Origin: Luteibacter sp.
GTDB taxonomy: Bacteria > Pseudomonadota > Gammaproteobacteria > Xanthomonadales > Rhodanobacteraceae
Assembly: GCF_036500425.1 (NCBI RefSeq)
Contig: NZ_DASYCB010000077.1
Location: 26,411-90,410 of the forward strand
DNA: 64,000 bases
Direction of reading: 5' to 3'
The translations under genes and the position numbers were made by a program. The notes under the pieces were generated by a model. The model made no database searches. It saw nothing but the letters and a program-made list of their open reading frames with translations, and was not told the DNA's origin. The first letter of the stretch is position 1; every line of letters starts with the position of its first letter. Positions 9,389-19,933 of the stretch are shown in pieces.

Positions 9389-10425
9389 CGGCGCCCTCCG
9401 TTGGCGGCGCTTTGCGGGATGGCACGGGCCGCGGGAGCGGCGTTGGATGGCACCGCTTGCGGTGCGGCCGCGGCCGGAGCCAGGGGCGCGCCGTTCTCGG
9501 CGGGAAGGGGAGAAGGCGGGATGCCGATGGCCTGTTGCGGCGCCGCCGCGTTGGGCGCGACACCTGCCGGGGTAGTGCCGGGGGCGAGCGGAATGGCACC
9601 CGGCATGTCGGAAGGATCGACGCCCGGTGCGGCGGGAGCCGCCGGTGCCTGCGGCTGCGTCGCTGCCTGGGCAGGCGCTGTCGTGGGTACTTCGACCGGA
9701 GCCGCAGAACCGTAGTCGTTATCCACGCGGTAGCTGGTGACCTGGAAACCGAGTGGGTTCTCGATACGGTTCTGATCATCCATGCGCAGGTTTGGCTTGT
9801 AGACAAACTCCATCGTGGCGATCTTGCTATCAAGCGGCGTGCTTGCACCCGAGGACTTGTCATACACCGTGCGCTGGAAGCGAACCGTCGCGCCCTTCGG
9901 CGCGGTGCCGTTGGTGCCGCCGACAAGCACGATGCTGAGGATCTTCACGCGGACGGCCTTGGTGCGGCCATACAGGTTGAACGGGCGCTCCGGGTTCTGC
10001 GTGGAGTGCAGCGCCATATAAGGCGTCGCCACCTGTGGCGCGGCCATCGTGAGTACCGTCGGCCAGTCGCGCATGTTCGTCAGCGCCAGGTCGTACGACT
10101 CGCGGGCGATGAGGAAGTGCGCAATGTTGCTGCGATTGACCGCCTCGCTCGAGGTGATCTGGCGGTTGACCACGTCATCGGTAAGACGCGATAGCTGGCT
10201 GGTGCCGGAGTAAGGATCGGCGAGCACGATGTAGGGCTCTTTCTCCTTCAGTGGCAGCATCACCAGATATCCCGCGCCAAGCATCAGCGACAGGCCAGCC
10301 GAGCAGAACGCGACGATCCACGCACGCTTTTCATTGCGGCGCGCGATATCGGCGATGGTGAGTTCGAAGTTGACGCCCTGTGCAACGGCCTGGTCGATCT
10401 TCGGTGAGTTCTTTTTCTTAAGCAT
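9385..10425 (-). CDS. virB8: T4SS protein VirB8 with ~110-aa Pro/Ala-rich C-terminal extension
   Basis: 346 aa. N-terminal cytoplasmic segment plus one TM (RAWIVAFCSAGLSLMLGAGYLVML), then a periplasmic NTF2-like VirB8 region, then a PAQAATQPQAPAAPAAPG... tail. Confidence 0.85.
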   Translation of the reverse strand: MLKKKNSPKIDQAVAQGVNFELTIADIARRNEKRAWIVAFCSAGLSLMLGAGYLVMLPLKEKEPYIVLADPYSGTSQLSRLTDDVVNRQITSSEAVNRSNIAHFLIARESYDLALTNMRDWPTVLTMAAPQVATPYMALHSTQNPERPFNLYGRTKAVRVKILSIVLVGGTNGTAPKGATVRFQRTVYDKSSGASTPLDSKIATMEFVYKPNLRMDDQNRIENPLGFQVTSYRVDNDYGSAAPVEVPTTAPAQAATQPQAPAAPAAPGVDPSDMPGAIPLAPGTTPAGVAPNAAAPQQAIGIPPSPLPAENGAPLAPAAAAPQAVPSNAAPAARAIPQSAANGGRR

Positions 10426-10448
10426 GTGCCGTCTGCCTCGTCACTCGC

Positions 10449-10967
10449 TTACTTCGCGTCCGCGTTAGCGGCCACGGGGTTGGTGGGTGCCGGTGCGGAC
10501 GGCGTCTCGGGCGCGCTCGCCTGTGGCGCTGCAGGCGCGGGCGCTGCGACGGGCGGGGCGATCACGTTGATCTCGTCGACGACGAGGTCGGGCCCGCTCA
10601 CCACCACGGCAACACCCTGGGCGGCGTAGATGCTGCTCAGCTGCGATGCGGCGTCACGAAGTTCGGACGTGTGGATGGCGGAAGCCGACGTCGTCAGCGT
10701 GAAGTCCGAGCGCAGTTTGTACTGCAGCTTCATGCCGTTGTCGGTGGTCCACCGCGTCAGCATCGTCTTCAGCGTGCCATCCATGGGCGCCGCGTAATAC
10801 GTGTACGGCACCGCCAGTGGAATCTCAGTGGTCTTCTTGTCGAAGTGGTTGACCGGCTTCCAGGAGCCGCCAAAGTCACGGGCGGCGGGTGTTCCGCAAC
10901 CCGTAAGGGCTAACGAAAACACCACTATGATGCCAATCAGGGCAATGTTGGTCTGGCCTATTTTCAC
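10449..10967 (-). CDS. virB7: T4SS outer-membrane lipoprotein VirB7, long form with extra C-terminal globular domain (Xanthomonadales X-T4SS type)
   Basis: GTG start at 10967. Lipobox LALTG-C. 172 aa, much longer than classical ~50-aa VirB7. First gene of the operon, immediately upstream of virB8. Confidence 0.75.
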   Translation of the reverse strand: MKIGQTNIALIGIIVVFSLALTGCGTPAARDFGGSWKPVNHFDKKTTEIPLAVPYTYYAAPMDGTLKTMLTRWTTDNGMKLQYKLRSDFTLTTSASAIHTSELRDAASQLSSIYAAQGVAVVVSGPDLVVDEINVIAPPVAAPAPAAPQASAPETPSAPAPTNPVAANADAK

Positions 10968-11971
10968 GTTTCGCTCATAACTTTTTGAAAAGCAATAACA
11001 ATGATTCGGAAGGCGGACACGGTGATCCGCCCGCGTCAGGCGCGAGGCCCGGCAGGTTCAGTTATGCGTAATCGGCAAAGAACTGCCCGCCGCGTGCACG
11101 AAAACGTGCATTCGCTGGCCGGCGTGACTCCGGTCTGGGTGGCGAAACGTACAGCCTTACCCCTGGTTGTCCGTACATGCGGGGGAGAACGGCTCCCCGC
11201 GCTTCGTGCAAGCTATCCATTCAAACTTCCTGTTCCGGGCGAGACTGCCGCCCTGCCAATCGATGTTGCGAAGTGGCCCCTGCATACGCCGCGCGCGTTG
11301 ATGTCGTCGACATCAACTCGTCGCCCCTAGGCTTGCAGGTGTTCCCCCTTCATCGTGCGGATCTGCGATCCGCGTCAAAAAAATAGCTCATGAACGTGCA
11401 AATGGCGAGCACATTCGATACGCAATAAAGTGACGCAATTCACGGAAAAAACACTGCGAACATGGTTGCAGACGCAACCATGCGGCTGCGTACGTTTATT
11501 AAACCACAAAATTGACGACGAAAAGTTGACAGGCGTATTTGCTGCCGATGAAACGTGTGGGTTGGTCAATGTTTGACCAGCGCATGTTCGGCGCGAGTCG
11601 GTGCGATGCACTTCGCTTGATCGCGTGGCATGTCGCTGGGCAACTCTCGACGTAACGACACGTCGCCTGGGTACGTGTGCATACGAACCACCGGGTTGAT
11701 GGCGATAAACCGGCGGGCAGGCAGCATGTGTGGTGCCATCCATGGGTGCTTCTCCTTGGGTAAAGGTGTGGCAGATCGCGCATCGATCCCGTCCTCCGGC
11801 CAAGGACGCCAGATTGTCGAGCACAACGTGCGAAATGTAACTGTGAAGGGCTCGGCAGAGTTGCGCAACCCGGCGGCGCCCGCGCTGTTGTGTAGGAAAG
11901 CCCTTACGCCGCATCGACAGAGTCGTCAGGGCAGGGTAGAACCGTCGTCTTGTTTGCTGTCTGGAACCCCG
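10968..11971. promoter_or_regulatory. ~1 kb non-coding region between divergent virB7 and pncC: presumed virB promoter and long 5' leader, plus the pncC-recA promoter
   Basis: No convincing ORF; the track ORFs here are Arg-rich with no family resemblance. AT-richer stretch at 11380-11560. Perfect palindromes at 11297-11317 (gttgatgtcg-t-cgacatcaac) and 11461-11482 (catggttgc-agac-gcaaccatg). Hairpins at 11179-11200 and 11357-11373. Confidence 0.5.
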
Positions 11972-12481
11972 ATGGACTCCCACGCTTCATTCAACGACGC
12001 CGCGCTGAATGCGCTGGCACAGCAGGTGGCCGCCGCCGCGCTGGACAAGCGCGTCATGGTCGCAACCGCCGAGTCGTGCACCGGTGGCTGGATCTCTAAG
12101 GCGCTCACCGACCTCGCCGGCAGTTCGGCCTGGTTCGAGGCCGGCGTCGTCACCTATAGCTATAGCGCCAAGGAAGCCCTGCTCGGGGTGAACCCGCGGA
12201 CGCTGGAGCGCACCGGCGCGGTCAGTGAGGAGACCGTCCTCGAGATGGTTTCCGGTGCGCTGGCGCGGTATGGCGCGGGCGTGGCCGTGGCGGTTACCGG
12301 CATCGCCGGCCCCTCGGGCGGGACGCCGGAGAAGCCGGTCGGCACCGTGTGGATCGGCTGGAAGCGGCGCGGGGGCTACGCCCACGCCAAAGTCTTCCAT
12401 TTCGGAGGGGATCGCGAGGCGGTTCGCCGACAGACGGTAGCCGCCGCTTTAGCTGGAATGGTCACCGAGCTGAACGGGTAA
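11972..12481 (+). CDS. pncC: CinA C-terminal domain / NMN amidohydrolase PncC-like protein
   Basis: Track ORF 11630-12481 was trimmed to the in-frame ATG 11972 (MDSHASFND...). Motifs ATAESCTGGWISKALTD and VTGIAGPSGG are typical of the CinA-C/PncC family. Lies upstream of recA. Confidence 0.85.
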   Translation: MDSHASFNDAALNALAQQVAAAALDKRVMVATAESCTGGWISKALTDLAGSSAWFEAGVVTYSYSAKEALLGVNPRTLERTGAVSEETVLEMVSGALARYGAGVAVAVTGIAGPSGGTPEKPVGTVWIGWKRRGGYAHAKVFHFGGDREAVRRQTVAAALAGMVTELNG

Positions 12482-12582
12482 GCCTGCCCAGCTGTGGCAA
12501 AATCACGTGTTGACGGATCGCAGGCCCTGAGACCCCGCTCCGGCAAGATACCTCCCTATACACAAGCACACCGGAAACTACG

Positions 12583-13606
<1,024 letters not shown>

Positions 13607-13629
<23 letters not shown>

Positions 13630-14125
13630 GTCCGGGGCGGGTACGGACGGCACCGGGAAAGCGGCCCGTCCGATCCGCACCGCGTACGACAAGGCGTTGG
13701 GCCTGCTGGCCCGGCGCGAACACTCCCGCCGCGAACTCCAGCAGAAGCTGGGGCGCGGCGGTTTTTCGCGTGATGAATCGTCCACCGCCGTGGAGCGCCT
13801 GGGCGACCAGGGCTACCAGGATGACGACCGTTTTGCCGCGTCGCTGTTCCGTAACCGGGTGGGGCAGGGCTATGGCCCAGCCCGCATCCGCGCCGAGCTA
13901 CGCAGCCAGGGCATTCCGGACGCCACGGTCCGGTCCCTGATCGAATCCGCCGACGTCGATTGGGACGATCTGGCCGCGAATCAGCTCCGTCGGCGCTATG
14001 GCTCGCCCTCCGCCGACCCGGCCGAGCGGCAGAAGCGGGCGCAATTCCTCTTGCGTCGAGGCTTCGCCGCCGCCACAGTACGTGTTCTTACCCACGCCGA
14101 TGCGGAAGATCCCGACGACGACTGA
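13607..14125 (+). CDS. recX: RecA regulator RecX
   Basis: 172 aa. [23 protein letters not shown] and repeated helical RecX modules. Overlaps the recA 3' end by 23 nt. Confidence 0.88.
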
Positions 14126-14194
14126 AGGCAGCGAGCCTTGATTCCGTGACTGGGTGTCTTTCGCGATCCTCGCAGCCCCAAGCCACGATCGCTC

Positions 14195-16828
14195 ATGAAA
14201 ACCGCCCAAATTCGTTCGACCTTCCTGGAATACTTCCGCGCCAAGGACCACACCATCGTGCCCTCGGCATCGCTGGTGCCGTCGAACGACCCGACGTTGC
14301 TCTTCACCAACTCGGGCATGGTTCCCTTCAAGAACGTATTCCTCGGCAGCGAAAAGCCGGGTTATGTGCGCGCCGCCGATGTGCAGCGCTGCCTGCGCGC
14401 GGGCGGCAAGCACAACGACCTGGACCAGGTGGGCTACACCGCGCGCCACCACACCTTCTTCGAAATGCTCGGCAACTGGTCGTTCGGCGACTACTTCAAG
14501 CGCGATGCCATCCGTTACGCGTGGGAGCTGCTGACCGAGGTCTACAAGCTGCCGGCCGAGCGCCTGTGGGTCACCGTCTATCACACCGATGACGAAGCCT
14601 ACGATCTGTGGAACAAGGACATGGGCGTGCCCGCCGAGCGCATCGTGCGTATCGGTGACAACAAGGGTGCGCCATACGCGTCGGACAACTTCTGGCAGAT
14701 GGCCGATACCGGCCCCTGTGGTCCCTGCACGGAAATCTTCTACGACCACGGCGCCGATGTCGCCGGTGGCCCGCCGGGCTCCCCGGATGAGGATGGCGAC
14801 CGCTACATCGAGATCTGGAATCTCGTGTTCATGCAGTTCGACCGGGCGCCCGATGGCACGCTGAGCCCGCTGCCGGCGCCGTGTGTCGATACCGGCATGG
14901 GTCTGGAGCGTCTGGCGGCCGTGCTGCAGCATGTGCATTCCAACTACGAAATCGACCTGTTCGCGCACCTGATCCGCGAGGCTTCGCGCCTCACGAATAC
15001 ACCGGATATCGGCAACAAGTCGCTGCGCGTCATCGCCGATCACATTCGTGCGGCCTCGTTCCTCATCGTCGATGGCGTGCTGCCTTCGAACGAAGGCCGC
15101 GGCTACGTGCTCCGCCGCATCATCCGCCGCGCCCTGCGCCATGGCTGGATGCTCGGCGTACGTGGCGACTTCTTCTGGAAAATGGTTTCGCCGCTGGTCG
15201 CCGAAATGGGTGAAGCCTACCCGGATATCGCTTCGAAGCAGGCCTTCGTGGAGCAGGCGCTAAAGGTGGAAGAAGAGCGCTTCGGTGAAACGCTCGAGCA
15301 CGGCATGCGCCTGTTCGACGATATCGCCGCCAAGGCCGGCAAGATCATCCCGGGCGCGGATGCGTTCCGCCTGTACGACACCTATGGCTTCCCGGTCGAC
15401 CTCACGGCCGACATCGCCCGCGAGCGCGACATGACCGTCGACATGGAGGGCTTCGAGCGCTCCATGGGTGAGCAGCGTGCCCGTGCGCGCGCCGCCAGCA
15501 ACTTCTCGAGCAAGGCGCAGCTGCCGGCTGACGTGGCCAGCGCCTTGCAGCCGACGATCTTCACGGGCTACGACGCCCTCGACCTGGCCGATGCCAAGGT
15601 CGTCGCGATCGTCCGTGACGGCAAGGCCGTGGAGCAGCTGGCGGATGGCGAGGAGGGCTTCCTCCTGCTCGATCGCACGCCGTTCTACGCGGAGTCGGGC
15701 GGTCAGGTCGGCGATACCGGCATGATCCGCAACCCGTCGGGCGCGCTTGCGGTCCAAGACACCCAGAAGGTGGGTGGCGCGTTCTTCGCCCATTTCGGCA
15801 CCTGGCAGGGCTCTGCGCCACTGCTGAAGGGCGTCATGGTGGGTGCGGCGGTCGATGGCGCCCAGCGCCAGGCCACGGTCCTGAACCATTCCGCCACCCA
15901 TCTGCTCCACGCCGCCCTGCGCACCGTCCTGGGTGAGCACGTGTCGCAGAAGGGTTCGCTGGTGGCGCCGGAGCGCCTGCGTTTCGACTTCTCGCACTTC
16001 AAGCCGGTCACCGCCGAAGAGCTCGCCGAGATCGAGCGCATGGTCAATGACGAGGTGCGCCGCAACGCGGCCGCCGAGATCCACAACATGGGTTACGACG
16101 AGGCGATCGAGTTCGGGGCCATGGCTCTGTTCGGTGAGAAATACGGCGCTGAAGTCCGTGTGCTGAAGATGGGCGATTTTTCCACCGAACTCTGCGGCGG
16201 TACCCATGTAGGTCGCACCGGCGATATCGGCCTGTTCAAGATCGTCTCCGAATCCGGCGTCGCCGCCGGCGTCCGCCGTATCGAAGCGGTGACCGGCGCG
16301 GGTGCCATGGCACGCATCGCCGACGAAGAGCGCATCCTGGGCGAAGTCTCGGGCCTGCTCGCGGCCAACGGCGACGAGGTCGTCGACAAGCTACGCCAAC
16401 TGTTCGATAAGCAGAAGAAACTCGAAAAAGAGATCGAATCCTTCAAGGCCAAGGCGGCCCATTCGGCGTCTGCTGATCTTGCCGAGTCCGCTACGGACGT
16501 CGCGGGCATCAAGGTCGTCGCGGCGCGCCTGGAGGGCCTGGATGCCAAGTCGCTGCGCGATAGCCTGGATGCGCTTAAGCAAAAACTGGGCGACTGCGCG
16601 GTGATCCTGGCCGGTGCAGCCGATGGTCGTGTTTCGCTGGTCGCGGGCGTGGGCGGCAGCGCCCTTGGTCGTGTCAAGGCCGGCGATCTCGTCGCTGAGG
16701 TCGCTTCGAAGATCGACGGCAAGGGCGGCGGTCGTCCGGACATGGCGCAGGGCGGTGGTGTCGATAGCCCCGCGCTGCCCGGCATCCTGGCGGGTATTCC
16801 TGCCTGGGTGGAAGTCAAACTTCGCTGA
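14195..16828 (+). CDS. alaS: Alanine--tRNA ligase
   Basis: 877 aa. Class II AlaRS N-terminus ([30 protein letters not shown]), editing domain [12 protein letters not shown]-terminal DHHA1-like domain. Confidence 0.98.
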   Translation: MKTAQIRSTFLEYFRAKDHTIVPSASLVPSNDPTLLFTNSGMVPFKNVFLGSEKPGYVRAADVQRCLRAGGKHNDLDQVGYTARHHTFFEMLGNWSFGDYFKRDAIRYAWELLTEVYKLPAERLWVTVYHTDDEAYDLWNKDMGVPAERIVRIGDNKGAPYASDNFWQMADTGPCGPCTEIFYDHGADVAGGPPGSPDEDGDRYIEIWNLVFMQFDRAPDGTLSPLPAPCVDTGMGLERLAAVLQHVHSNYEIDLFAHLIREASRLTNTPDIGNKSLRVIADHIRAASFLIVDGVLPSNEGRGYVLRRIIRRALRHGWMLGVRGDFFWKMVSPLVAEMGEAYPDIASKQAFVEQALKVEEERFGETLEHGMRLFDDIAAKAGKIIPGADAFRLYDTYGFPVDLTADIARERDMTVDMEGFERSMGEQRARARAASNFSSKAQLPADVASALQPTIFTGYDALDLADAKVVAIVRDGKAVEQLADGEEGFLLLDRTPFYAESGGQVGDTGMIRNPSGALAVQDTQKVGGAFFAHFGTWQGSAPLLKGVMVGAAVDGAQRQATVLNHSATHLLHAALRTVLGEHVSQKGSLVAPERLRFDFSHFKPVTAEELAEIERMVNDEVRRNAAAEIHNMGYDEAIEFGAMALFGEKYGAEVRVLKMGDFSTELCGGTHVGRTGDIGLFKIVSESGVAAGVRRIEAVTGAGAMARIADEERILGEVSGLLAANGDEVVDKLRQLFDKQKKLEKEIESFKAKAAHSASADLAESATDVAGIKVVAARLEGLDAKSLRDSLDALKQKLGDCAVILAGAADGRVSLVAGVGGSALGRVKAGDLVAEVASKIDGKGGGRPDMAQGGGVDSPALPGILAGIPAWVEVKLR

Positions 16829-17134
16829 ACGAACCCCGGCTGACCCTGCCAAGGGGTGCGGTAAAGGCGCCCCGGACGCCCGTTTCGGCCGTCCGTGCGT
16901 TGCGCCACCGTGTTTGGCTCAGCTAGTATGATCTGAATGTCGGCGCGCTTTTTCTCGGCATCGATGGGTCGGGTCGATACAAGCAGGAAAGCTGGTCAGC
17001 GACACGCACGCAAAAGTAAGCCGGGGAAGGCAGTTCGGCCTTCGATGGTCGGAAAGTCAATCCACCGGCGACAAGACTCGGGGTGAGTTGTCGTAGGTGG
17101 GGAAGCCACTACCTGATTTTATGGAGTATCAATC

Positions 17135-17338
17135 ATGCTGATTCTGACCCGCCGGGTCGGTGAAACCCTGATGATCGGCGACGAGGTGACCGTCACTGTT
17201 CTGGGTGTGAAAGGTAACCAGGTGCGTATCGGTATCAACGCACCGAAGAATGTCGCGGTCCACCGCGAAGAGATTTACCAGCGCATCAAGAACGAGAACG
17301 ATCCCGCCGGCCATTCGGGCGACGACCACGACCAGTAA
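17135..17338 (+). CDS. csrA: Carbon storage regulator CsrA/RsmA
   Basis: 67 aa. [38 protein letters not shown]; GGAG RBS upstream. Confidence 0.97.
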   Translation: MLILTRRVGETLMIGDEVTVTVLGVKGNQVRIGINAPKNVAVHREEIYQRIKNENDPAGHSGDDHDQ

Positions 17339-17413
17339 AACGCTTTACGGCCAGCGCAAGGACAAGTATCCTTGCTGGCTCGTTCGGGCATCTGCCTAGC
17401 GATAGTTCAAAAT

Positions 17414-17506
17414 GGAGAGTTGCCCGAGAGGCCGAAGGGGCTCCCCTGCTAAGGGAGTATAGGGTCAAAAGCCTTATCGAGGGTTCGAATCCCTCACTCT
17501 CCGCCA
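17414..17506 (+). tRNA. tRNA-Ser (anticodon GCU)
   Basis: GGAGAGTTGCCCGAGAGG... Anticodon stem-loop CTCCC-CTGCTAA-GGGAG, long variable arm, T-arm GGTTCGAATCC, encoded CCA end. Folded by eye. Confidence 0.9.
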
Positions 17507-17510
17507 GTTA

Positions 17511-17545
17511 CGCAAGACGCCCCGAAAGGGGCGTTTTGCGTTTCC
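17511..17545 (+). terminator. Rho-independent terminator after tRNA-Ser
   Basis: Hairpin cgcaag-acgcccc-gaaa-ggggcgt-tttgcg followed by a T-rich tract. Confidence 0.75.
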
Positions 17546-17575
17546 GCACCTACAAAAAAATCGCTCATCGCCGGT

Positions 17576-18508
17576 TCAAAGGGAAACCGCGTCTTTCAGT
17601 GCGCGGCAGATCGATGCCGCAAGTTCTTCCTGTTCGCGAATACCGAACTGCACCGAGCGGTCGAAATGTCGGGCCCAGGTAATGCGGCTGAGCGAGGCAT
17701 CGATGAGTCGGATCGAAGTTCGCATGCGTTCGGCATCGACCCTCAGGCTGCCTTCGATCAACCGGTGACGCGCCGTGCGGTCTTCATCGGCATCTCCCGC
17801 TGCGTTGCCTGACCAGGCCGCTGGCGGCGCGGCCCGCGTGAAGACATCACCGAACGAGGAAAAGAGCTGGTTAAGTAATTCTTCGTAAAGGCCGCTTGCG
17901 AAAGCCTGCCCTTCCTCGCGTTCGGTGATGTAGCGGATGGGCTGTACCAACAGGTACGTGCCTTGCGGGTGAGTACGCTCGTGTCGCACCACGCGGCGAA
18001 AGCTGGGTGTATAGCGTCCGACCGGTATGGTGATCTCGACATCCCCGGTGGTTGCGTGGTCGGTGTAGTAAGCGGCCAGCCGATGACGCAGGCGGCCCAC
18101 CTGGACGCGCACAGACGGATCTTCGGACAGGTAGTCCGCCGGGTTGCGTCCAAACACTTCGATGCCGATGGCGTACTCGCTGATGGCCTTCTCGCCCGCC
18201 AGCACCTGCCGGGTCAGGAAATCGAAGAGCCGCCTCATGCGATGTGCCTTCTGAAAGGCATCACTCGCCATGATCGAGGCACACGCTGTTCGGATCTCCC
18301 CCTCGTCGATCTCCCTGGTCTCGTCGATTTCCGTCTTCACCACGTCCCCCCTGCGAATCCGATCCTGTGCGGATGCCGTTTCCATGCTCGCGCTGTTGGC
18401 TCCGGTCCGGCTTCCGACGATAACCGCGGTGCGATCGCGCACAGCGGTTGTTACGGTAACAGCGGAGAAATCGTTACCGTAACGATACTTATGCCCGCCT
18501 GCCGGCAA
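17576..18508 (-). CDS. Putative regulatory protein divergent from the reb-like operon (function unverified)
   Basis: 310 aa from a TTG start (GGAG 9 nt upstream); ATG 18385 is an alternative start. Central block SDAFQKAHRMRRLFDFLTRQVLAGEKAISEYAIGIEVFGRNPADYLSEDPSVRVQVGRLRHRLAAYY resembles a module I know from the N-termini of proteobacterial signalling/regulatory proteins. Confidence 0.55.
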   Translation of the reverse strand: MPAGGHKYRYGNDFSAVTVTTAVRDRTAVIVGSRTGANSASMETASAQDRIRRGDVVKTEIDETREIDEGEIRTACASIMASDAFQKAHRMRRLFDFLTRQVLAGEKAISEYAIGIEVFGRNPADYLSEDPSVRVQVGRLRHRLAAYYTDHATTGDVEITIPVGRYTPSFRRVVRHERTHPQGTYLLVQPIRYITEREEGQAFASGLYEELLNQLFSSFGDVFTRAAPPAAWSGNAAGDADEDRTARHRLIEGSLRVDAERMRTSIRLIDASLSRITWARHFDRSVQFGIREQEELAASICRALKDAVSL

Positions 18509-18574
18509 ACCTAGGATCTCCCCATCGACGCGATGCGCCTTGCGCTCGTGCTCGCCACATCACTGGGGATACCA

Positions 18575-18907
18575 ATGGCCGGCCAACTTCCTGACGACAT
18601 CGTCCAGGCGATCGCAATTTCCAACGCCAAGTCCATCGGCGAACAGCCGGCCATCCTGGCGAATCTGGCGCTCGCGCAGCAGATCTTCAACCAGAACATG
18701 CAGCAGCAGATCAGCCTGAGCCAGCAGCAGGCGATGAACCAGGTGCAGATGGCAGCCGCGGCCAAGTGCGTCGCGATGATCGAAACCGCGGGTGGCTGCA
18801 AGAACCAGACGTCCATCGACCAGATGGGCAAAGACCTCGAAAAGATCGCCGGCGAGATGGAGCGGCTCTTCAAGGACGGCGGGAAAAAAACATCCAGCGA
18901 TACATAA
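18575..18907 (+). CDS. RebB-like (R-body / killing-trait family) protein, paralogue 1
   Basis: Trimmed to ATG 18575. DDIVQAIAISNAKSIGEQPAILANLALAQQIFNQNMQQQISLSQQQAMNQ matches the conserved core shared with the next three ORFs and the RebB family as I remember it. Confidence 0.75.
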   Translation: MAGQLPDDIVQAIAISNAKSIGEQPAILANLALAQQIFNQNMQQQISLSQQQAMNQVQMAAAAKCVAMIETAGGCKNQTSIDQMGKDLEKIAGEMERLFKDGGKKTSSDT

Positions 18908-19013
18908 CGAATTCATGCGCATTCATCGCGGATGAGTGCGCTGGATGCCCTCGACAGGGGCCCATGCAGGTAAGTCGTTTCCATCAACCACGCAATTCAC
19001 AAGGAGAATCATC

Positions 19014-19331
19014 ATGGCCGCACTTCCCGATGACGTCGTTTCCGCCGTCGCGATTGGCAACCTCAAGTCCATCTCCGAACAGCCGGCGATGCTTTCCAAC
19101 CTGGCCTATTCGAACACGGTAGCCAGTACCAACCTCTCGCAGCAGAACGCGGTGGCCAACCAGCAGGCGATGAACGAGCTGGGCCTGTCCATCGTCGCAA
19201 AGGCATCGAACACCATCAGCAACCTCGGCCCACTCGAGGCGCGTTCGGCCGTCGATATCCTGACCAACAACGAGTTGGCCCAGACCATCGCCGACATGAA
19301 GGCCACGCTGCAGGCTTTCGCCAGCAAGTAA
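19014..19331 (+). CDS. RebB-like protein, paralogue 2
   Basis: ATG 19014 with AAGGAG at 19001. DDVVSAVAIGNLKSISEQPAMLSNLAYSNTVASTNLSQQNAVANQQAMNE ... ARSAVDILTNNELAQTIADMKATLQAF. Confidence 0.8.
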   Translation: MAALPDDVVSAVAIGNLKSISEQPAMLSNLAYSNTVASTNLSQQNAVANQQAMNELGLSIVAKASNTISNLGPLEARSAVDILTNNELAQTIADMKATLQAFASK

Positions 19332-19366
19332 CCCGGCAGGCCGGGCGTTAATTCGGAGCGCAGAAC

Positions 19367-19867
19367 ATGCTTGACGAACAGATTGTCAACGCCGTGGCGA
19401 CGGGCAACCTCAAGACGATAAGCGAGCAGCCCGCCCTGATATCCAACCTTGCTTTCGCGAACGTGGTGTCGAGCAGCAACCTCGGCCAGCAAAACGCGGT
19501 ATCGAACCAGCAGGCGGGTAACGAAATCACCGTTCCGCTGGTAGCCAAGGCCGTGAGCACCGTGAGCGACCCTGGCCCGATGGAGGCTCGTTCTGCGGTG
19601 GATGTGCTCACCAACGACGAGCTGGCGCAGTCCATCGCCGACCTGAAGTCGGTCGTGGAGGCGTTCGCGACGGGTGGCGGTGGTCACCGTCATCGGCGGC
19701 TGCGGGATCTCGAGTTGAGCATCGACGAGGCCGGCCGTCTGGTCATCGTCGTGCTCAACGGTGATATGCCGGAGATCTTCGTGCCGGGACGCTTCACCAG
19801 GGAATCGGTGGACGTCAGCGTCGATACGAGCCGTGGCGCGACCATCCGGATCAGGAAGAGCCGGTAA
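19367..19867 (+). CDS. RebB-like protein, paralogue 3, with ~60-aa C-terminal extension
   Basis: EQIVNAVATGNLKTISEQPALISNLAFANVVSSSNLGQQNAVSNQQAGNE ... ARSAVDVLTNDELAQSIADLKSVVEAF, then GGGGHRHRRLRDLELSIDEAGRLVIVVLNGDMPEIFVPGRF... Confidence 0.8.
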   Translation: MLDEQIVNAVATGNLKTISEQPALISNLAFANVVSSSNLGQQNAVSNQQAGNEITVPLVAKAVSTVSDPGPMEARSAVDVLTNDELAQSIADLKSVVEAFATGGGGHRHRRLRDLELSIDEAGRLVIVVLNGDMPEIFVPGRFTRESVDVSVDTSRGATIRIRKSR

Positions 19868-19933
19868 CCGTAACGCGACGATAGGAGCGGGGCGGCGGAG
19901 GTGCCGCCCCGCATTTCCGGGGGAGTAAGTGAC

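Noticed and set aside
11357-11373. Hairpin gcggatc-tgc-gatccgc next to an A/T run as a terminator.
   Set aside because: The T-run precedes the hairpin on the minus strand, and on the plus strand the hairpin is followed by an A-run. Neither orientation gives a canonical intrinsic terminator.
11001-11983. ORFs 11001-11330 (+), 11375-11983 (-) and 11566-11868 (-) in the virB7-pncC intergenic region.
   Set aside because: The translations are Arg-rich and low-complexity with no RBS or family resemblance. The region is better explained as leader/promoter DNA.
12482-12582. An SOS (LexA) box upstream of recA.
   Set aside because: Only a partial half-site (ctgt-n8-cacg at ~12493-12508) is present. 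No full CTGT-N8-ACAG motif and no Xanthomonadales-type TTAG...TACTA motif was found by eye.
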